DNA from: Eledone cirrhosa
Lineage: Eukaryota
DNA: 64,000 nucleotides
NCBI GenBank assembly: GCA_964016885.1
Contig: OZ024748.1
Span: 10,230,001-10,294,000, forward strand
Direction: 5' to 3'
Each line of letters begins with the position of its first letter. Positions within the stretch are counted from its first letter, which is position 1. Shown piece after piece: positions 57,501 to 64,000 of the stretch. The notes beneath the pieces are model-generated. The model ran no database searches, was not told the DNA's origin, and was given only the letters and a program-made list of their open reading frames with translations. The translations under genes and the position numbers were made by a program.

Positions 57501-58773
57501 CTTATTAGCTTCTTTAACCCCAGGTCAGAGCTGGTCAAGTAGACCTACGATCAAGTCTTATTAGCTTCTTTAACCCCAGGTCAGAGCTGGTTCAGTAGAT
57601 CTATGATCAGGTCTTCCAGCCGTGATTATCTGTCTACCCCCACCTCTCCCCTTCTTTAATCCCAAGTCAGAGCTGGTTCAGTAGACCTATGATTAACAGT
57701 GCTCCAGCTGTAATTATCTGTCCGTCCCCAACCCCACTAAGTTGTTTAACCCCTGGTCAAACTGCGATTATCTTCTTAACCTGTTGTTTAACCCCAGGTC
57801 AAACCTATGGTCAGAGGCCTTCCAGCTGTAATCTATATATATAGAATCACATTGTCCAATGTAACCTTCCATTTACTGTACAAGTGTGATTTGAGGAATA
57901 TTTAGCTGCTATTTCTAGTTGAAGGTTTGTGGCTTAGTGTTGGTGCTATGGTGTATATATATATATATATATGTGTGTATTTGAACGATGGAATCATTTG
58001 TTTACACACACACACACATATATATAAGTATGTATTCGAAAGATGGAATCATTTGTTTATAGATATATATACACACACACAAATATATGTATCTGAACAA
58101 CGGAATCATTTATTTTCAGACAAAGAAGATGCCCAGAAGTTATCAGAAACTGTCGATGAAGCTTATAACTTGTTGACTGACTACAACCAAAGATTGAGTC
58201 AAGAACTTATAGATAGAAAAGAAAATGCTCGTATGGTGCGGACTTACCTGAACCTTCAGAAAGATCTCCTACAAATAGCAGAATCAAGACTGATTGTAAG
58301 AAATATTTCTCTTATCTACTTCTTATACAACAATCTTATTATAGTTATTTTGTTTCAATATTATCTTCATATGCAGGGCGGCGGACAGCCTGCTTCGTGG
58401 CATAGAGTTAGGACCCTTTACATTGAGTTCAAATCCCGGCGAGGTTAAGTTTGCCTTTCATCCTCATGAGGGTAGATAAAATAAAGTACCATTGATGCCC
58501 TGGGATTGATTTAATTGCTACCTCACGATTGTGAATCCAACACACCTTCATGTAGTACAGGATATTAATAGTTAATGCTGCTAAGTTTAAAGACATTTCA
58601 TATTTCTAACCAGATACCTTAATGATTTATTATTTCAGGAATATAAGCGAAAACTAACCAAAGTGACGACGGTCCGTGAAGAATTACAGTCCCACATTCA
58701 GAACTTACCAGATTTAACATTATTACAGGATGTGACACCATTACCATCAGCAGGAGATCTCTTCTCCATTTGA
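51446..58773 (+). CDS. RPRD1B: Regulation of nuclear pre-mRNA domain-containing protein 1 (RPRD1A/B-like; CID plus coiled-coil), 7 coding exons, complete
   Basis: MSSFSDSNFVKKLSELNNTQQSIQTLSLWLIHHRKH...YLANDVIQNSKKKGPEF...RIAALPQEV...HIQNLPDL...PLPSAGDLFSI*; GT-AG introns with consistent phases. Probably the single invertebrate orthologue of RPRD1A/B. Confidence 0.95.
52865..53100 (+). repeat. ~54-bp tandem repeat (~4 copies) upstream of RPRD1 exon 2
   Basis: ctacactgaacccttaaatacagtttgagcctggtttagttagctgtaa units. Confidence 0.8.
53138..53267 (+). CDS. RPRD1B: RPRD1 exon 2 (KPNKKLHFIYLANDVIQNSKKKGPEF...HTA)
   Basis: tgcag acceptor, gtaagt donor. Confidence 0.93.
54418..54524 (+). CDS. RPRD1B: RPRD1 exon 3 (DADDKIKQTLERILNIWGERGVYDKDFIKVMRHNL)
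   Basis: aacag acceptor, gtaagt donor. Confidence 0.92.
55400..56279 (+). repeat. Pyrimidine-rich minisatellite built from 9-nt modules
   Basis: ctctcatct / ctgtcattg / ctctcatat / ctatcatcc modules. Confidence 0.92.
56280..56557 (+). CDS. RPRD1B: RPRD1 exon 4, low-complexity linker (SPWTESTD...polyT/polyA...EIGEPPT)
   Basis: ctcag acceptor, gtaggt donor; bridges phase 1 to phase 0 with an open frame. Confidence 0.8.
56965..57186 (-). mobile_element. Nin/Deu-like SINE copies in an RPRD1 intron
   Basis: aattgtttctacttttggcacaaggccag...ggatgaaaggcaaagttaacctc. Confidence 0.72.
57296..57422 (+). CDS. RPRD1B: RPRD1 exon 5 (TEDLVKNLYNLENSPSSDAAVRERIAALPQEV...KLK)
   Basis: ttcag acceptor, gtttag donor. 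Confidence 0.92.
58120..58295 (+). CDS. RPRD1B: RPRD1 exon 6 (DKEDAQKLSETVDEA...AESRLI)
   Basis: ttcag acceptor, gtaaga donor. Confidence 0.93.
58639..58773 (+). CDS. RPRD1B: RPRD1 exon 7 (EYKRKLTKV...PLPSAGDLFSI*)
   Basis: ttcag acceptor, TGA at 58771-58773. Confidence 0.93.
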   Translation, partial: EYKRKLTKVTTVREELQSHIQNLPDLTLLQDVTPLPSAGDLFSI

Positions 58774-60305
58774 CCAGAACTCATTAGCATTAATGAACAT
58801 TAACGAACCCATGGTTTTTTTTTTTCCCCACATTTTAGAATGAATTAGTTACATGCTAATTAAGAAACAAAATCAATGTTTTCCTTTCATCAACAGTACA
58901 GTTTGTATATTGCCATAGCAACAACAAGAGTACATTTTGGATATCACCATGGCAACGAGTGCAGTTTATATATGACCATGGCAACAACAGTTGTTTTGGA
59001 CAACTATTGAGGATGTAAATTTTTCTTTCAATATATTCTTATAAGTTCTTTTGTTGTTATTATTTATTTATTTGTCTTACGGTATCTGTGTCTCTTTCTG
59101 AGGAAAAGGAGACACCTCACCTCTGTTGAAATAGACTCAGGGAGACATCTGTAGACTGGACTCAGCTGAAATATACTCAACATGTAGGCCTGTCTGTTGG
59201 TCAGCATTGATCAGTTGAAGTAATGTTCACATAGACAGTAGTATTGCTCACATACGAGTTAATGGTGGTACTATACACACACAGAAATATTTTTCACATA
59301 TCTGAATCAGTGGTGGTACTATACACACAGGCATGGAAATATTGCTCACATATCTGGGTCACTGCTGCTATACACAGATTTGTGAGCAATATTTCCCTAT
59401 ATGTATGTATATCTCACCTATTTGGGTCAATGGTGGTGCTATACACAGACAAGGAAGTATTGCTCACATGAGTTAGTGGTGGTTCTATATACAGAGAAAT
59501 ATTGCTAACATATCTGAGTCTATGGTGGTACTTTACACAAAGAAACAGCAACGTATTGCTCTCATATCTAAGTCAGTGGTGGTACTATACACAAAACACA
59601 GAAATATTGCTCACATCTCAATCAGTAGTGGTTCTATACACAAAAACGGATGGTTTGCTCACATGAGTTAGTAGTGTTATACACAGACAGGAACAATGTG
59701 AAATAAAGTGTACACTACACCACGGGATTCAGAAATCAAACCCACAATATTGTGATCATAAGCCTAACATCCTAACCACTAGGCCACACACCTTCACAAG
59801 TAGAAACAGGGTTTAACCTTTGAATAAACTTCCAGTATTCTATTCAAATTAAAATCTCAGAAATGATATCAGATTCCACCCAACACAACGTTATATAAAG
59901 TTACAGATACATTAGTAAAACTCTTCCAAAATCTTTATATTGAAAACAAAAGGTGTTCCACAAAAATTCACAAAGAAAACTTTACGGACCATGTTGTACT
60001 TCAGTGGTTTAGTTATTGAGGGGTTAGTAAAAGAATTACAGAACATTAAAACAAAATCAAACCTGCAACAAATGACAGACTTAACTCTTTCAAGACTAAA
60101 CCATTCCTGGTTCTCTGCTACCAAGCTCCATTATAAAGTGTTTATATTTATCTAAAACCTTTCCTTCATATTTTTTATGTAAGAACCTTTGTTAAGTTAT
60201 ATTCCAAAAACCAGCTTAATAACGAGAAAATTAAATACCTCCAAGTTCATATTTTCAAAATGATTTGAAAATCATAGGTAGTGTCATATTAGAAATATGT
60301 TAACA

Positions 60306-60612
60306 AAAGGGTTAATTTGAGTAGGGTCCCACCAGTAGTCTTAAATTAGAAATATGGCAATGAAAGGGTTAATTTGAGTAGGGTCCCTCCAGTAGTCTTA
60401 AATTAGAAATATGGTAATGAAAGGGTTAATTTGAGTAGGGTCCCTCCAGTAGTCTTAAATTAGAAATATGGTAATGAAAGGGTTAATTTGAGTAGGGTCC
60501 CACCAGTAGTCTTAAATTAGAAATATGGTAATGAAAGGGTTAATTTGAGTAGGGTCCCTCCAGTAGTCTACCATGAGAAATATGTTAAAAGGGTTAATTT
60601 GAGTAAGATCCC
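60306..60612 (+). repeat. 57-bp tandem repeat (~5 copies)
   Basis: aaagggttaatttgagtagggtccc...gaaatatggtaatg at 57-nt spacing. Confidence 0.9.
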
Positions 60613-63011
60613 ACCATTTAGTTTCAATACAATGACTGTCATTAGAACAATAGTAACGAGTAGATCAAATTATTCTTAATATAGTATCTAGTATCTGTCA
60701 TTAAAAATTAATCAACAAAAGAATTCAGATAACAAAAACCTGCAAAAAAAGAAAACCAAACAAGAAAAAAAAACATTATTATTATTATTTTTTTTTTCTT
60801 TCTTTCACGTTTTATTCCAGTATGTAAAAAGTACAAAGACAAATCTTGGACCTGAAGTATTCAATATAGGTGTTTTTTTTTTTTATGTTTTGTTTGTTGT
60901 TCTTTTTTTTTTTGTCTTTTGGTTTAGTTTATTTTTAGGAGGGGATTTTTTTTTGTAGTTTTTATTTTAACTGATGATACAAAAATACTTTTTTTAACCA
61001 TATTTTTTTTTAAATTATAATTTATAGTGTTTTTTTTTCCTTATATTTTTTTTTAAAAATTGTTTTTTTTTAATTTTCACTCATCTGATCTGTCAAATAG
61101 TTCTGACCATCACCCACCACCCCCACATATCAAAGTGGTTTCTTCCTGTCACAACAACATTAACAGCGGAATTAATAATGGAACTAAATATAAAACATAC
61201 AGAATAGAATATGCATGTGTTTGTGTTGTGTATATATGTATAGACGTGTGCATGCATTTATAGATGCGAGTGTGTATGTATAGATTGTGTGTGTAGATAT
61301 AGATGTGTGTAGTGTGTGTGTGAGAGAGAAAGAGTATGTATAGATGTGTGTATGTATGTATAATATTAGTATCCATATCACTCCAGAGCATGAGAGTGGG
61401 TCAGAAAAAGAAGTGTGGGGGGTAGGGACAAAGATATATTTATAGAGAGGGGGGGGGGGGATATACAAATGGATGGTTGTTGTAGTTGTTAATGTTTAGT
61501 GTAAGCTCCTTAACCCCTGACCTAGCAGACCTATCTATGGTCAAAGATCATCTTAACATTTGGGATGGGAGCGATATCTAGGTGACAGGAAATTTGGCTG
61601 CTACTTCTAGCATATTTAGTGACAATATAAAGTTTATCTCTACATGGCTGGCTGCCTCATACATGTGGAGGTGTGCCTTAAAGGACATTTGGCTACTACT
61701 TCTAGCAGGTCTGATGACCATGTAGTCTCTCTTTCTTTCTCTGGTTGGCTCATACAAGTGAAGGTACCTCTCCGTTTTTTTACTAGAAGGTAACAACATT
61801 TAACGCTGACATTAGGCTGCTATTTCTAGCAACCATATAGAAGGTATCCCCTTTCTCTGGTTGGTCCATACCACCAAGTGAGTTTTACTAGTAATTAGCA
61901 ACAAGACAAGACATTTGGCTGCTATTTCTAGCAGGTGCAGCAAGAATATAGAGGATATCACCGTCTAGTTTAATAGAAGTTAACATGTAAAGCTAAGACA
62001 ATTGCCTGCTATTTCTAGCAAGTGTAGCAACCATATAGAGGGTGTTTCCCTTGTCTGGTTGATTTAATAGAAGGTAACTTACAAAAACCTCTAACTTTGA
62101 GTACCAGTGAAAATCTATTTGGAGATAGATTAAAACCTAACTAAAATTTAAAAAAAGCTCAAATCAAAACAAAGAAATTATCATCATCACCGTCATTGTC
62201 ATCATCACCATTGTTTAACATCTATTGTCATCCATTTTCCAGGCTTGCATGGATTAGATGGTCTGTCATGTGATATCACTAGACTGGTCGCGTGACCATG
62301 TCCAGCTTACACAAATCTGGGGTTTTTTTCCTTGGTTTCTACAGCTAGATGCTCTTCTTAGTGCCAAACAACACTAATGGTAAATATTAATTTCTAATTT
62401 AGGACCAAGGTGAAGGGTAAAAATCGATAAATTAACCCCAGTACTTGATTGGTACTGTATTTCATTGGTTTTGGAAGAGTTATAAAGACAATGTTGACCT
62501 AGGCGGGATTTGAACTGAAGATGTAAAGAGCAGGAACAAATACGGTAATGGTCTTTTAGCCATTGCTCCACTCTTACGTGGTAGCAAATATTAATACCAT
62601 TATTGTTGTGGTAGTAGTACTACTCATAATAGTAGATTGACGGTACTAGTAATAGATGTAGTAGTGGTGGTGCTAATAAAGGTCAGATCAGTATGTGAGT
62701 GTATATATAATATTTGAATTATCAAACTGCATTAGCAAGACAATCTTTAAAAATACAAAACAGCACTATGACTGCACCACATGAAAAGTTAAAGCCATTA
62801 TTCTAATGCTACAAAATTTCCCAATGATCTGTCCAGTAGTAAAGATACTATAAACATTTGAGTTCATAAATCAGATCTTAGATATTTTCTACTAAATCAT
62901 AAGATGTTATGAGTTAATTAGAAATAAAATATGGTTTAAAGATTGTTAATAGAAGGGAAAACCAAGAATTATATGAATGAATAATATCAAGAATTGGACA
63001 GACATACATTA

Positions 63012-63285
63012 CAGTGGTGTGTGGCCTAGTGGTAAAGGGTGATGGATTTATGATCATAATGTTGTGAGTTTGATTCCTGGACTGGGTTGTGTTCTTGAGC
63101 AAAACATTTCATTTCGCATTGCTCCAGTGTACTCCTGAAATTGAGTACCAGTAATAGCTGTGGGAGGAGGACTTAACCATGTGATGGACTGGTGTCCTGT
63201 TCAGGAGAGAGTTTTGTTCCCTCAGTTACTTCATGCCATGGAAACGAGGATAAGCATTGGTCTGATAAGCCTCTGGGCTCGAGAC
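63012..63285 (+). mobile_element. CORE-type SINE
   Basis: gtggcctagtggtaaagg...gagtttgattcct...cttgagcaaaacattt. Confidence 0.72.
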
Positions 63286-64000
63286 ATACTTTAAGATATA
63301 AGGACAGCACAAGAAAGACTAAGATAATGATCCATGGTGTTAAACCTGTTTCAGAATTGATGATGACAATGATAGTGATGATGATGATGATACCTAGAGA
63401 GGTGGTAAGGGAGAAAGAAACCTCTCGTGAACAATTTCATTCATAAGCCAGCCGATGAAGTTATATCTTCAGGGATCTAACTACAAACCCCATAAAGTAG
63501 GGGAGTGGGTTGGGGTAAGATGACACAAGGAATCACATCAACAAAAGAAACTTAATAAATATTGAAAATATATTTTGTCCATATTGTACACACTTCAGTA
63601 GTGTGTATGTTGGGGGGGGTCTATTATATGCTTTGTCCTCGGGCTCCTTTTGGTATCTCATTAAAATCACAAATATTTAGTATAATATATACATATATAT
63701 ACACACACATACATATATATATATATATACATACATACGTACGTACACAAGAAAAGTCAACAAGGAACAATAACACCGGAATACAACACACACAATATCT
63801 TAGTTTAACACTTGATATAATGAGAAACGTTTTAACGTTTCGGACACTAATCCTTTATCAAAGATAGAATGAGAGAGTGAAAAAAGGATGTTCGGAAGAG
63901 AGAAGAAAAAGGATAAATAGGAAAGAAAGCACGTTATTACTTAGCCATTCTACACACACACACACACATACATATATATAGAAGAGATATTTAATTTGTT

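Overview
Eukaryotic, AT-rich, microsatellite-dense genomic window with a 200-N gap at 7137-7336. The SINE/RTE content and intron style suggest a mollusc, probably an octopus-like cephalopod (inference). Two spliced + strand genes were reconstructed by eye with GT-AG boundaries and consistent phases. The first is a class III PI3-kinase (PIK3C3/Vps34): 17 exons at 25066-39229, with the N-terminal C2-domain exons not found in the window. The second is a complete RPRD1A/B-like CID protein: 7 coding exons at 51446-58773. The rest is RTE-clade LINE fragments, CRE-like LINE fragments, CORE- and Nin/Deu-type SINEs, TTAA-flanked MITEs and mini/microsatellites. The main unexpected signal is a set of type I hammerhead ribozymes (HHRs). 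A near-homogeneous 508-bp tandem array (7337-12722, at least 10.6 units) has an inverted 1.4-unit copy, and every full unit carries a complete minimal HHR motif, which suggests a retrozyme or Penelope pseudo-LTR. More HHR motifs are dispersed in (TA)n-embedded, often fold-back elements, including a back-to-back HHR pair in a ~220-bp-arm palindrome inside a Vps34 intron. Almost all long ORFs in the supplied track are simple-repeat artefacts.
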